Virus record (IMG/VR): IMGVR_UViG_3300017786_003484
Span: 1-64,000 of that record
DNA length: 64,000 nt
Strand: one strand, 5' to 3'
A model generated the notes under the pieces. That model ran no database searches. It had not been told where the DNA came from and worked only from the letters and a program-made list of their open reading frames with translations. This document shows positions 39,151 through 48,988 of the stretch, in pieces; within the stretch, counting starts at the first letter, position 1, and each line of letters begins with the position of its first letter. A program made the position numbers and the translations under genes.

Positions 39151-40040
39151 GAGCCTTCGGAAAAAAAACTTGTTGGATCAAAAAGCATATCTGTTTTGTA
39201 TTCTTCTTGGCAAAAATCACATTTAGCTGAAACTTCTCTGATAATTCCAAATTCTTGGAATGCTTTTAATTCTTCTTCTAACCTATCAACTGAGCCTCTG
39301 TCGAGGTTACCCAACCAGTCAGCAATAAATTTTATATCAGTTATTTCTTGTGGTTCTGCTTCTCCGGTACCTGGGATAACAACTTTAAGAATTGCGCCAA
39401 TCATTAAGTCATGACTTAGATCAACTAATTGAGCAAAGCCTGCATTTGCAATTTCAGTTTGTCTTTCTACTGGTTCTTCTCGTTGTTCACTTGACTGTAA
39501 TGCCCTCATCGAATCAAATTGCATTCGTAGTAAACGTGATTGATCTTTTAAATTATACGGTCTTAGATGTACTTCTAAGTTATTTGCAAGTTTCACGATG
39601 CCTAATTTAGCTGGAATTGGCTTTAATGTACCAATTATCTGTCCTAAACTTACATTTATTCGTTGAGACTTACCATCAGACTCGTTACAGCCATGACTGA
39701 TATCCATTGGCATATCGTCTCCGTAACTTGCCATTTTAATTGCAACTAAAATCATATCAACATCTGCTGACGGAACTTCATCAACATCAGCAATGTCTGG
39801 ACAAGAACTTTTGATTACACCTCTCATTGCTTCACCGTTAAATAAAGCGTCAGGGTTTTTAAGGCGTAATTCGTCTTTTGCAGTCATTGGATATATTGCA
39901 AGTTCCCCGCTTTCAGTTAACTTAGGTGGCTGTTTATAGTATCTTCCATTAGAAGGAAGAGTAATATATGTTCCAGGTTGCCTAAAATAATCCGATAAAG
40001 GGTTAGCAGTTTGCCCGGAAAGTGGGTTTTTATTATCCAT
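39147..40040 (-). CDS. Baseplate hub/tail assembly chaperone, T4 gp26-like
   Basis: ITLPSNGRYY, PMTAKDE, DVDMILVAIK..SYG, C-terminal CDFC...DPTSFF. Confidence 0.75.
   Translation of the reverse strand: MDNKNPLSGQTANPLSDYFRQPGTYITLPSNGRYYKQPPKLTESGELAIYPMTAKDELRLKNPDALFNGEAMRGVIKSSCPDIADVDEVPSADVDMILVAIKMASYGDDMPMDISHGCNESDGKSQRINVSLGQIIGTLKPIPAKLGIVKLANNLEVHLRPYNLKDQSRLLRMQFDSMRALQSSEQREEPVERQTEIANAGFAQLVDLSHDLMIGAILKVVIPGTGEAEPQEITDIKFIADWLGNLDRGSVDRLEEELKAFQEFGIIREVSAKCDFCQEEYKTDMLFDPTSFFSEGS
39161..39168 (-). other. Slippery sequence T TTT TTT (-1 frameshift site)
   Basis: Minus strand AGT TTT TTT TCC GAA GGC TCT TGA; -1 frame reads TTT TTC CGA AGG CTC TTG AGT... into the downstream ORF. 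Confidence 0.6.
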
Positions 40041-40134
40041 GTAGTTAATCCTATCAGGTAAATAGGCTTATAGAAACCTATATTTGTAACTATACTTATA
40101 TTCGGTTATAAAGCACAAAGGTCCAAAAGGTAAT

Positions 40135-43134
40135 ATGGAAGAAGAATTAAAAGAAGCAATTGGTAAATTAACCGATCAGATTTCCAGTATGAATAAACAA
40201 ACAGGCTCAAGACCTGGTGGAAGTCGTGGATCTACAGGTCCTAAAGTTGATGCTACTGCTTCGGCAATGGACAAACTAAAAGATGGGGTCAAAGGTACTA
40301 CTTCAAGTTTAAAGAAAACTGCTGAATCAAACGAAAAACTTGTACAAGCATCTAAAAAACTTACCTGGGAGCAAAAATCACAAATAAGAGGATTGCAAAA
40401 TTTTGGTAAAGGATTACTTGACGGAAGTAAAAAAGGACAAGATTCTTTAAACCAGTTATCCGGAGCTCTAACAAATAGCACAGGAAAAGTTACTAAAGTA
40501 CTTGGCGCCTTTGCCGCTGGTTTAGGTTTTGCATGGGGAACATTAGAAAATTTTGCAGATGCCGCTAGAGGAGCAAGTGGAGCATTAAACTTAGGTGCTG
40601 TTGGTGTTGGCTTAATGCAAACACAAAGTATGATGTCAGGACTTGGCAAAGAGTTTGCAACTGTTATTAATGAAAGCGGAGGCGGTTTTAAATTATTAGG
40701 AGCAACTACAGAAGACGCAGTTAGAAACTTATCTCAAATGTCGAGAGCAGTTAGAAACGGTTCTTCTATGATGGGCAACCTTACAAAAGAATTTGGTGTG
40801 TCAGCAAAAGCAGTCGACGAAACTGCAAAGTTAACTGCTCAGTTAGGACTTACAGAAAAAGATAGTGCCAGCTTAATGGCCGCTAGTTTAGATGTTGCAA
40901 GAAGGTCTGGTGCTTCACAAGAAACAGCAATGCAGACTGCAATTAAAAGTTATGCTACTACTGCAAAGACAGCTCGAGGATTAAGCGATCAATTTGGTGT
41001 TAGTGCCAAGGTAATTATGCAGGCTTCAATGGCTTTCCAGAAATCTATTGCAGGACAAAGAGCCGCAATGCTTGGAGTAGGAACAGATGCTACTGAAATC
41101 CAAGGAGTAATGGGTCAAATGCTTGGTAATCTAAGCCAAGATCAAAGAGATAGAGCATCAGCCGCAATGGCCGCAGGAGAAATTGGACAAGCTATTGCTA
41201 TTGCAACTGAAGGTAAATCTGGAGCAGAAGCAAGTGCAACTGCTGACATGATAAGAATGATATCTGAAGCAAACACCGGAAAAGGTGATGGTACAGTTTT
41301 ACAAGCTCTTAAAGGTATGGAAAATGCTTCCATGGAACAGTTTGCAAGCAGTAGAAACTTTAGAGATCAAAATATGAATGCCGCGGCAGGAATTGGCGCC
41401 GCATTTAAACGATTAAGTGATGATGCAGATAAGTCTAATAAAGATGCTAAGAAAAATGCAGAAGAAGGTCAAACTACAGAAGCAAGCAATATTAAGTCTC
41501 TTACACAAATGTCAACAGCCGTTGATTATGCTAAAGGATCATTTTATGGTTTAATAGCAGGTGGTGTTGGATTACTAGGATCGTTTGTATCGTTAGCGGC
41601 CGCAGGTAGTGCCGCCGCTATAGCAATGGGTGGCGGAGGCTTAACAGGAATGTTAGGTGGACTTAGCAAAGGACTTAATAAAATAACATCTGGTGCGTTA
41701 GGATCAGTAGGTAAAGTAGGCGGAGCAGTATCTGGTGCAACCGGAGGAATGCTTAGTAAAGCAAAAGGATTTTTAGGAATTGGAGCAGGAGGAGGTTCTG
41801 CTACTCAGTCTGTACCTGGTGTGCCTAGCACTAAAGGAATGCAAACAGCAGTAGGTGAAGTTAAAAGCCTAGGAAAGATGATACAAGATACTTTATCAGG
41901 TATAGGAAACGGAATTGCAAAATTAGCAAGAGGCATAGGCAGTTCATTATCTTCTATTGGAACAGGAATTTCAAAGTTAGCAAAAGGAATTGGCAGATCA
42001 ATGTCCTCTCTTGGTAAAGGTATTGGAGATTTAGGAGAAGGACTAGGTAGAGGAATTGGAAAACTAGTTGAAAGTTCTTTAAAAGGAATTGGTAAAGGAC
42101 TTGCCGCAGTATCTAATCCAAAATATTTAATTGGAGCCGCAGTACTAGCCGCAACAGGTGGTGCAATGTGGATTGCTGGAAAAGCATTCCAACAGTTTGC
42201 AAATATTAATTGGGGCGGAGTAATTGCTGGAGGCATTGCCCTAGCCGCAGTAACAGCAGGTGCCGCATTAATTGGATCATCTGGTATGATTGCACCTATT
42301 CTAATTGGAGCAGTAGCAATTGGAGCTCTTGGAGCCGCACTAATACCATTTAGCTATGCCGCTAAACTTGCAGGCGAAGGAATGGTAGACTTAGGTAGAG
42401 GGTTAAGAATAATTGGTGATGTTCCAATTCCAACGTTACTTGCTATAGGTCCTGCATTAGCATTAATGGGAGTAGGTTTAGCCGCACTTTCAGCCGCTGG
42501 TGCAGTAAGTTCTCTTTTAGGAGCATTCCAAGATGAAGGACCAATTGATAAAATTGTAAAAATTGCCAAAGCCGCTCCTGGTGTTAACTTAATGGCTAAG
42601 TCTTTAAGAACATTTGGTATTAACATAATGGTCTTTAACAAAGGACTTGAAGGTTTAAGTATGACAGCATTAGATGCTTTAGAAGACTTTAATGACGTTG
42701 CAAGTAATATATCACAATCTTCTGTAACTGCAATGGCAGATTTAGCAGTAGCAACTTCGTTACTTGGATTTAATATAAAAGATATAGATTGGAATCAATT
42801 AGTTTTACCAGTAGACATTGGTGAAAGATATCATAATTTAGCAGAAGGAATGGTAGCAACTGCTGAAGCAATGGATAAGATGCCTAAGCCAGGTATGTGG
42901 GACACTATTGTTGCAGGTGTAGGCAACTTGTTTGGAGTAAATGGTGGAGAACAAGGTAGCTTGACTGAGTCAGTTCAGAAAGAAAGAACCACAACTACAA
43001 CATACAGCGATGGATCTGTTGATACAAATACAGAGATGATTACAGTTCTTAAGTCTATTGACGGACATATGGGCAAAGTTACTCAGAATACTAAGAAAGA
43101 AGTAACTGTAACAGCACCTCGCTTTGGTAGTTAA
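40135..43134 (+). CDS. Tape-measure-like protein
   Basis: 999 aa, Ala/Gly-rich helical, 11-residue GIG repeats, hydrophobic segments; divergent from chaperone gene. Confidence 0.65.
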   Translation: MEEELKEAIGKLTDQISSMNKQTGSRPGGSRGSTGPKVDATASAMDKLKDGVKGTTSSLKKTAESNEKLVQASKKLTWEQKSQIRGLQNFGKGLLDGSKKGQDSLNQLSGALTNSTGKVTKVLGAFAAGLGFAWGTLENFADAARGASGALNLGAVGVGLMQTQSMMSGLGKEFATVINESGGGFKLLGATTEDAVRNLSQMSRAVRNGSSMMGNLTKEFGVSAKAVDETAKLTAQLGLTEKDSASLMAASLDVARRSGASQETAMQTAIKSYATTAKTARGLSDQFGVSAKVIMQASMAFQKSIAGQRAAMLGVGTDATEIQGVMGQMLGNLSQDQRDRASAAMAAGEIGQAIAIATEGKSGAEASATADMIRMISEANTGKGDGTVLQALKGMENASMEQFASSRNFRDQNMNAAAGIGAAFKRLSDDADKSNKDAKKNAEEGQTTEASNIKSLTQMSTAVDYAKGSFYGLIAGGVGLLGSFVSLAAAGSAAAIAMGGGGLTGMLGGLSKGLNKITSGALGSVGKVGGAVSGATGGMLSKAKGFLGIGAGGGSATQSVPGVPSTKGMQTAVGEVKSLGKMIQDTLSGIGNGIAKLARGIGSSLSSIGTGISKLAKGIGRSMSSLGKGIGDLGEGLGRGIGKLVESSLKGIGKGLAAVSNPKYLIGAAVLAATGGAMWIAGKAFQQFANINWGGVIAGGIALAAVTAGAALIGSSGMIAPILIGAVAIGALGAALIPFSYAAKLAGEGMVDLGRGLRIIGDVPIPTLLAIGPALALMGVGLAALSAAGAVSSLLGAFQDEGPIDKIVKIAKAAPGVNLMAKSLRTFGINIMVFNKGLEGLSMTALDALEDFNDVASNISQSSVTAMADLAVATSLLGFNIKDIDWNQLVLPVDIGERYHNLAEGMVATAEAMDKMPKPGMWDTIVAGVGNLFGVNGGEQGSLTESVQKERTTTTTYSDGSVDTNTEMITVLKSIDGHMGKVTQNTKKEVTVTAPRFGS

Positions 43135-43162
43135 GTATTAATATAAAAAGGTAAGTAATAGT

Positions 43163-44827
43163 ATGGCATCATGGAAAAAACATTTTAAGATATGGGATCC
43201 CCAAGCTGAACAGACTAATAATGGTCCAAGACAGCAGGGAGGTAGTTCATCTAAGTTCGCTAGTTGGCTACAAGACGTGTACACAGGGCAACCTAACAGA
43301 GTTGAACGTTATAGTCAGTATGATCAAATGGATCAAGACTCAGAAGTTAATGCGGCCTTAGACACAATTACAGAATTTTGTACTCAGGAGGATCCTTTAA
43401 CACATCTTCCTTTTGCTTTAAGATGGTCCTCTGACCCAACACCAAGTGAAAATACAACTATTAATGAAACACTTAAAAAATGGTGTGCTATTAACGGATT
43501 TGATCAAAAACTATTTAGAACTTTTAGAAGTGCTATTAAGTTTGGAGATCACTTCTTTTTACGTGATCCGGAAACATTTGAATTATATTGGGTAAATCCA
43601 GGTGATGTTAAAAGAGCAGTAATTAACGAAGCTGAAGGTCGTAAAGTTGAACAGTATGTTATTAGTAACTTACACCCTAACTTAGGAGCAAAAGTAGCAA
43701 CTAAGCCAATTGAAAGTGTTCAATCAATGGCCAATGCAGTACAAGCAGGACCAAACAATCAATATAACGTTTCAAATAGTGCTTATAAAAGTGGTAACAC
43801 AGGAACCGAAGTTACAGTTGATGCAAAAGATATGATTCATATTAGTTTAAGCGAAGGCTTAGATGCTAACTGGCCTTTTGGAGCAAGTATACTTGATAGT
43901 GTTTTTAAAATTTATAAACAAAAAGAATTATTAGAAGATGCGATTATCATTTATCGTGTACAAAGAGCACCAGAACGTAGAGTATTTTATATTGATACAG
44001 GTAATTTACCTAGTCATCAAGCAATGGGATTTCTTGAAAGAGTTAAAAACGAAATACACCAAAGACGTATTCCTACTAGATCAGGTGGTGGTACTACTAT
44101 GGATGCAAGTTACAATCCTTTGAGCATTATGGAAGACTTTTTCTTTGCTCAATCAGCTGACGGTAGAGGAAGTAAAGTTGAAGTATTACCGGGTGGAACA
44201 AACTTAGGTGAAATTGACGATTTAAAATTCTTTTCAAACAAATTAATGAGAGGTTTAAGAATTCCTAGTAGTTATATGCCTACTGGACCTGACGATAGTG
44301 CAGTTCAATTAACAGATGGTCGTGTAGGAACAGCATTAATTCAAGAATATCGCTTTAATAGATACTGTCAGAGACTCCAAGGTTTAATTATGCCTATGCT
44401 ATGTAAAGAGTTTAAAACTTTTGTAAAGCATAGAGGTATTAATGTAGACACATCTTCTTTTGAGATTGATATGCTAGAGCCTCAAAACTTTAGTGATTAT
44501 AGACAAATTGAAGTTAATAATGCAAGGGCTAGTGTGTTTACACAATTAGCAGAAGTACCTTACATGAGTCATAGATTTAAGTTACAAAAGTTCTTAGGTT
44601 TAACTGATGCAGAGTTACTTGAAAATGAAAAACTTTGGTTAGAAGAAAATAAAAACCCAACACCAGCTGAAGGCGACGAAGAAGCTGGATTTAGCGATAT
44701 TGGTGGCGGTGCCGGCGGTGGCGGACTAAGTGATGGTGATATGGACTTTGCCGACGACTTAGAAAATGCAGAACCAGCCGCAGACGATGGTGGCGGTGAA
44801 TCTGCACCTACAGAACCAGAAGCATAA
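43163..44827 (+). CDS. Portal protein, T4 gp20-like
   Basis: EDAIIIYRVQRAPERRVFYIDTGNLP, MEDFFF, GRGSKVEVLPGG.NLGEIDD. Confidence 0.95.
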   Translation: MASWKKHFKIWDPQAEQTNNGPRQQGGSSSKFASWLQDVYTGQPNRVERYSQYDQMDQDSEVNAALDTITEFCTQEDPLTHLPFALRWSSDPTPSENTTINETLKKWCAINGFDQKLFRTFRSAIKFGDHFFLRDPETFELYWVNPGDVKRAVINEAEGRKVEQYVISNLHPNLGAKVATKPIESVQSMANAVQAGPNNQYNVSNSAYKSGNTGTEVTVDAKDMIHISLSEGLDANWPFGASILDSVFKIYKQKELLEDAIIIYRVQRAPERRVFYIDTGNLPSHQAMGFLERVKNEIHQRRIPTRSGGGTTMDASYNPLSIMEDFFFAQSADGRGSKVEVLPGGTNLGEIDDLKFFSNKLMRGLRIPSSYMPTGPDDSAVQLTDGRVGTALIQEYRFNRYCQRLQGLIMPMLCKEFKTFVKHRGINVDTSSFEIDMLEPQNFSDYRQIEVNNARASVFTQLAEVPYMSHRFKLQKFLGLTDAELLENEKLWLEENKNPTPAEGDEEAGFSDIGGGAGGGGLSDGDMDFADDLENAEPAADDGGGESAPTEPEA

Positions 44828-44844
44828 AAGGAATAAGTAAAGTT

Positions 44845-45051
44845 ATGAGATTTAATGACTTAACAAGAATACAAGACGAAATCGAAGAAGAAATCGATCC
44901 TGAGGTAGCATTCTATTCCGACATGCGTAGACACCGTATGACTTTAGAACATGTTAACAGGTTGCGTAAACTTCGTGAACTAAGGAAATACGAGCAAAAA
45001 ACAAGACTTGAAGCCATTACTAAAATGTATCAACGTCCTCCTGCAGTTTAG
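44845..45051 (+). CDS. Small head-module protein
   Basis: 68 aa, TLEHVNRLRK; between portal and scaffold. Confidence 0.65.
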   Translation: MRFNDLTRIQDEIEEEIDPEVAFYSDMRRHRMTLEHVNRLRKLRELRKYEQKTRLEAITKMYQRPPAV

Positions 45052-45212
45052 CAATATTCTTTAAAAATATTAGATTTTCATTAATAATAAGCCGGTTTGT
45101 AAAAATTGTGCCAAAAAGTACAGTTTTTACCCTATAACTACGGCTTTTTCGTGCGTCATTAGTAAGTACTTATTGGTGAATACCCGCCTTTCGCGATAAG
45201 GAGAAAAAGAAT

Positions 45213-45929
45213 ATGACAACAGTACTTGAACAGGCACTTGAGCACCTCTTGAATAAAGAAGAGGACAAAGCAAGTATCCTATTACATGATTACTATGTTG
45301 GTATTGGTCGTAAAGTCTATGAAGACATTATGTCCGACGATACTAATCTAGAAGAAGAAATTGAAGATATTGATGCCGCAGTTGATGAAGTTGAATCTGA
45401 TTTAACTGAAGAAGGTGACGATATGGAGGCAGAAATGGATGCTATTGATGCAGACGCAGACGCCGCAGAAATTGCAACAGATATGGATGCTGATGAAGCA
45501 CCTGTATCATCTGATGCCGCTGACGTTGCTGATGCAATGGTTGACGTAGAAGCCGCACTAGCTAACCTAAAAGCAGAATTTGAAGACATGCTAACAGGTG
45601 GTGACGCAGAAGCACCAGCAGAAGAAGAAATGCCAGAAGAAAGTGTACAATTTGAAGAAAAAGAAGAAAGCCTCGATGAAGCTGATTCTGAAGAGCAAAT
45701 TGACGAAGCGGCAGAACTTAAATTAGCACAGAAGCCAGATATGGCCGACCATGCAGACAATAAAGCAAGCCCAGTCGCTAAGAAAAATGACATGGGTGGT
45801 AAAGCAGTTAACATGGCAGGTGGATCTGCAGAAGGTGTAGCATCTGGAACAACTCCAGCTAAAGCTCCAGCTTCACAGGAACTACCACATGGAACTACTG
45901 AGCCAGCAATGAGCCAGGTAAAGGGTTAA
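45213..45929 (+). CDS. Acidic prohead core/scaffold-like protein
   Basis: Very Glu/Asp-rich, strong RBS, precedes the prohead protease. Confidence 0.65.
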   Translation: MTTVLEQALEHLLNKEEDKASILLHDYYVGIGRKVYEDIMSDDTNLEEEIEDIDAAVDEVESDLTEEGDDMEAEMDAIDADADAAEIATDMDADEAPVSSDAADVADAMVDVEAALANLKAEFEDMLTGGDAEAPAEEEMPEESVQFEEKEESLDEADSEEQIDEAAELKLAQKPDMADHADNKASPVAKKNDMGGKAVNMAGGSAEGVASGTTPAKAPASQELPHGTTEPAMSQVKG

Positions 45930-45933
45930 TAAG

Positions 45934-46572
45934 ATGAACTTACAACCATTAACAGAAAGACTATCATTCGACCAAGCGAATCTCGTTGTCGAAATGGCAG
46001 AGAATCAGGATGGTGGTAAGGATCTCTACATGAAAGGGATTTTCATACAAGGTGATAAAAAGAATCATAACGAAAGAGTTTATCCAGCAGATGAAATTTC
46101 TCGGGCAGTAGAGAGCATTAGTCAAAGACTAGCAGATGGCTTTTCAGTATTAGGCGAAGCAGATCATCCAGATGATTTACAGGTTAACATCGACCGTGTC
46201 AGTCATATGGTTACTGAAATGTGGATGCAAGGTTCCGATGGATATGGAAAACTAAGAATTATTCCAACTCCAATGGGAAACATTATTAAAACATTACTAG
46301 AAAGCAAAGTAAAACTAGGAGTAAGTTCTAGAGGATCCGGGAATGTAGGCAACGGTGGAAACGTTTCAGATTTTGAAATTGTTACTGTTGATGTTGTAGC
46401 ACAACCGAGTGCCCCTGATGCTTATCCAACTCCAATTTACGAAAGAGTTATGCTAGACAAAAGACGAGCCGCTCTTATGGATGTAGCCCTAGCGACGACT
46501 TACGATAAGTCCGCACAAAAGCACCTTGAAATTGAGGTACTTAGATTCCTTGAGAATCTTAAAAAAGTCTGA
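45934..46572 (+). CDS. Prohead protease, T4 gp21-like
   Basis: GIFIQGD.KNHNERVY, GEADHP, LGVSSRGSG, DVVAQPSAPDA. Confidence 0.93.
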   Translation: MNLQPLTERLSFDQANLVVEMAENQDGGKDLYMKGIFIQGDKKNHNERVYPADEISRAVESISQRLADGFSVLGEADHPDDLQVNIDRVSHMVTEMWMQGSDGYGKLRIIPTPMGNIIKTLLESKVKLGVSSRGSGNVGNGGNVSDFEIVTVDVVAQPSAPDAYPTPIYERVMLDKRRAALMDVALATTYDKSAQKHLEIEVLRFLENLKKV

Positions 46573-46583
46573 GGAGACAAATT

Positions 46584-47696
46584 ATGAGTAATGAAAACTT
46601 TACAGATTTGCTCGGCTCTGTAACATTGTCTGAAGAGGTGCGTGATAATATCAACACCGCTTGGGATCAAAAACAGATTGAAACTCGTGAAGAAGTAACA
46701 GCAGAACTCCGTGAGGAATTTGCAACACGATATGAGCACGATAAAGGTCAACTCGTTGAAGCAATGGATAAATTGATTCAAGATACCATTTCTGGTGCTA
46801 GTGACGAGTTCAAGAAACTACATGAAGATACTAAACAATCTCGTGTAAAATATGCTACTAAGATTAGTGAAGATGCGAAACTTCTACAAAAATTTGTTAT
46901 GGAAACATTAGCAAAAGAAGTTAGTGAACTTAAATCTGATCGAGCCGCACAAAAAGAAAATTTTAAAGGCTTAGAAGAATTTGCCCTACGCAAATTAACT
47001 AATGAGCTTTCAGAGTTACACGAAGACCACAAACAATTAGTTGAAGCTCGTGTTAAACTAATTTCAGAAGGTCGTACTGCTATCGAAGAAGCAAGATCGC
47101 AATTTATTAAGAAAGCAAGTGAAAAGGTTAACAGCCTTGTAACTGAATCTTTCAAAACTGAATTGTCCTCGCTTAAAACTGATATCCGTGAAGCAAAAGA
47201 AAACAACTTTGGACGTAAAATTATGGAGGCTTTTGCCGCTGAATTTATGTCAAGTAAGTTTGCAGATGGAACAGCAGTAAGTGATCTTAATGGAAAAATT
47301 ACTGAGATGGAAGTAAAATTAGCAGAAGCACATAAAGCTATTGCTGATAAAGAACATCTCATCACCGAATCAAGTCGTTTACAGCGCCTAGCGGAAGATA
47401 AAATGACTAGATCTCGTATTATGCAAGAACTAAATGCTCCTTTATCAAAAGATAAAAGAGTTATTATGGATGAATTACTTGAGACAACTCCAACAAGTAA
47501 ACTCAATGAAGCATTCCAAAAGTACTTGCCATCAGTTCTTAACGAAGAGGTCCGTAGAGACAAGAAAGTTATCGTTGAGGGTCAACAATCACAGAAGACT
47601 GTGGTTACCGGAAACAAACCAGCAAATAACGTAGACGAAGCTCCAGTTGAAGTTGATTCAACTATTGCAGATCTTCGTAAACTAGCTGGACTCTAA
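46584..47696 (+). CDS. Prohead scaffold protein, T4 gp22-like
   Basis: Long coiled coil, FGRKIMEAF; between protease and MCP. Confidence 0.8.
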   Translation: MSNENFTDLLGSVTLSEEVRDNINTAWDQKQIETREEVTAELREEFATRYEHDKGQLVEAMDKLIQDTISGASDEFKKLHEDTKQSRVKYATKISEDAKLLQKFVMETLAKEVSELKSDRAAQKENFKGLEEFALRKLTNELSELHEDHKQLVEARVKLISEGRTAIEEARSQFIKKASEKVNSLVTESFKTELSSLKTDIREAKENNFGRKIMEAFAAEFMSSKFADGTAVSDLNGKITEMEVKLAEAHKAIADKEHLITESSRLQRLAEDKMTRSRIMQELNAPLSKDKRVIMDELLETTPTSKLNEAFQKYLPSVLNEEVRRDKKVIVEGQQSQKTVVTGNKPANNVDEAPVEVDSTIADLRKLAGL

Positions 47697-47712
47697 AGAA
47701 GGAGACATTAAA

Positions 47713-48912
47713 ATGTCAGAAGCTCTTTTTGAAGCTAAAAATTGGTCCGCAACTAAAGACGCCTTAACAGAAGGTCTTAACGGACAACGTAAATCTACAA
47801 TGGAAGTTTGCTTAGAAAATACTAAAAAGTATTTGGCTGAGACAGCAACCACTGGTGCAACAGCATCTGGAAACGTAGCAGTACTTAACAAAGTAATTCT
47901 ACCAGTTATCAGACGTGTTATGCCAACAACCATCGCTAACGAATTAGTCGGTGTTCAACCTATGCAGGGACCTGTTTCTCAGATTCATACACTTCGTGTA
48001 CGTTATGCTGAGGCAGCCGCCGCTTCTTCAAACGAAGACGGTGTAGTTGGTGCAGAGGTTGTTGCTGGTGATGAAGCATTATCACCATTTGCTATTGCTA
48101 ACCAGTACTCAGGTGGTGCTGATGGTAAAGCAGACGCAACTGCTACTAAAGAGGGAACTGGTGGAAACAAAATGTCAATCCAGATCCTTAAAGAAACTGT
48201 AGAAGCTAAATCCAGAAAGCTATCAGCTCGTTGGACATTTGAAGCCGCTCAGGACGCACAAGCCATTCATGGTGTTGACGTTGAAGCTGAAATCATGGCC
48301 GCACTTGCTCAAGAAATTACTGCTGAAATTGACCAGGAAGTTATCCAGTCATTAACAGCACTTTCCGGATCTGCATTTGGTACATATGACCAAGCCGCAG
48401 TAAGTGGTACAGCTAACTTCGTAGGTGACGAGCATGCCGCTCTTGCAGTTCTAATTAACAGAGCCGCTAACGACATTGCTTCTCGTACAAGACGTGGTGC
48501 AGGTAACTACATTGTTGTAAGCCCAACAGCTTTAACAATTCTACAATCTGCTACAACTTCAGCATTCGCTAGAACAACTGAAGGAACTTTTGAAGCACCA
48601 ACAAATACTAAGTTTGTTGGAACACTTAACAGCTCAGTAAGAGTATACGTTAACCACTACAGTGGTGACGCGGCTCCTGTATTGATTGGTTATAAAGGTG
48701 CAAATGAAATGGATGCTCCGGCATTCTATTGCCCATACATTCCATTGATGAGCTCAGGTGTTGTATTAGATCCTAACACATTCGAGCCAACTGTCAGCTT
48801 TATGACACGTTACGGATATGTTGAGCTTTCTAACACAGCTTCATCTCTTGGTAACGCGGCTGATTATGTTAATAACATTGCAATCACAAGCGGTAACCTT
48901 TCTTTCATCTAG
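47713..48912 (+). CDS. Major capsid protein, T4 gp23-like
   Basis: RRVMPTTIANELVGVQPM.GP, SRKLSARWTFEAAQD, EITAEIDQE, FYCPYIPL, TRYG. Confidence 0.96.
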   Translation: MSEALFEAKNWSATKDALTEGLNGQRKSTMEVCLENTKKYLAETATTGATASGNVAVLNKVILPVIRRVMPTTIANELVGVQPMQGPVSQIHTLRVRYAEAAAASSNEDGVVGAEVVAGDEALSPFAIANQYSGGADGKADATATKEGTGGNKMSIQILKETVEAKSRKLSARWTFEAAQDAQAIHGVDVEAEIMAALAQEITAEIDQEVIQSLTALSGSAFGTYDQAAVSGTANFVGDEHAALAVLINRAANDIASRTRRGAGNYIVVSPTALTILQSATTSAFARTTEGTFEAPTNTKFVGTLNSSVRVYVNHYSGDAAPVLIGYKGANEMDAPAFYCPYIPLMSSGVVLDPNTFEPTVSFMTRYGYVELSNTASSLGNAADYVNNIAITSGNLSFI

Positions 48913-48939
48913 TCCTAGACTAAGCGAAGAAAAAAAATT

Positions 48940-48975
48940 AAGCAGGGCTAGTTTTACTAGCTCTGCTTTTTCTTT
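48940..48975 (+). terminator. Rho-independent terminator after MCP
   Basis: AAGCAGGGCTAG-TTTTA-CTAGCTCTGCTT followed by a T-run. Confidence 0.8.
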
Positions 48976-48988
48976 GATAAATATTTCT

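Noticed and set aside
48818-48988. 125-aa version of the Cys-rich ORF
   Set aside because: Upstream part overlaps the MCP and its terminator; start at 48989 fits the promoter spacing
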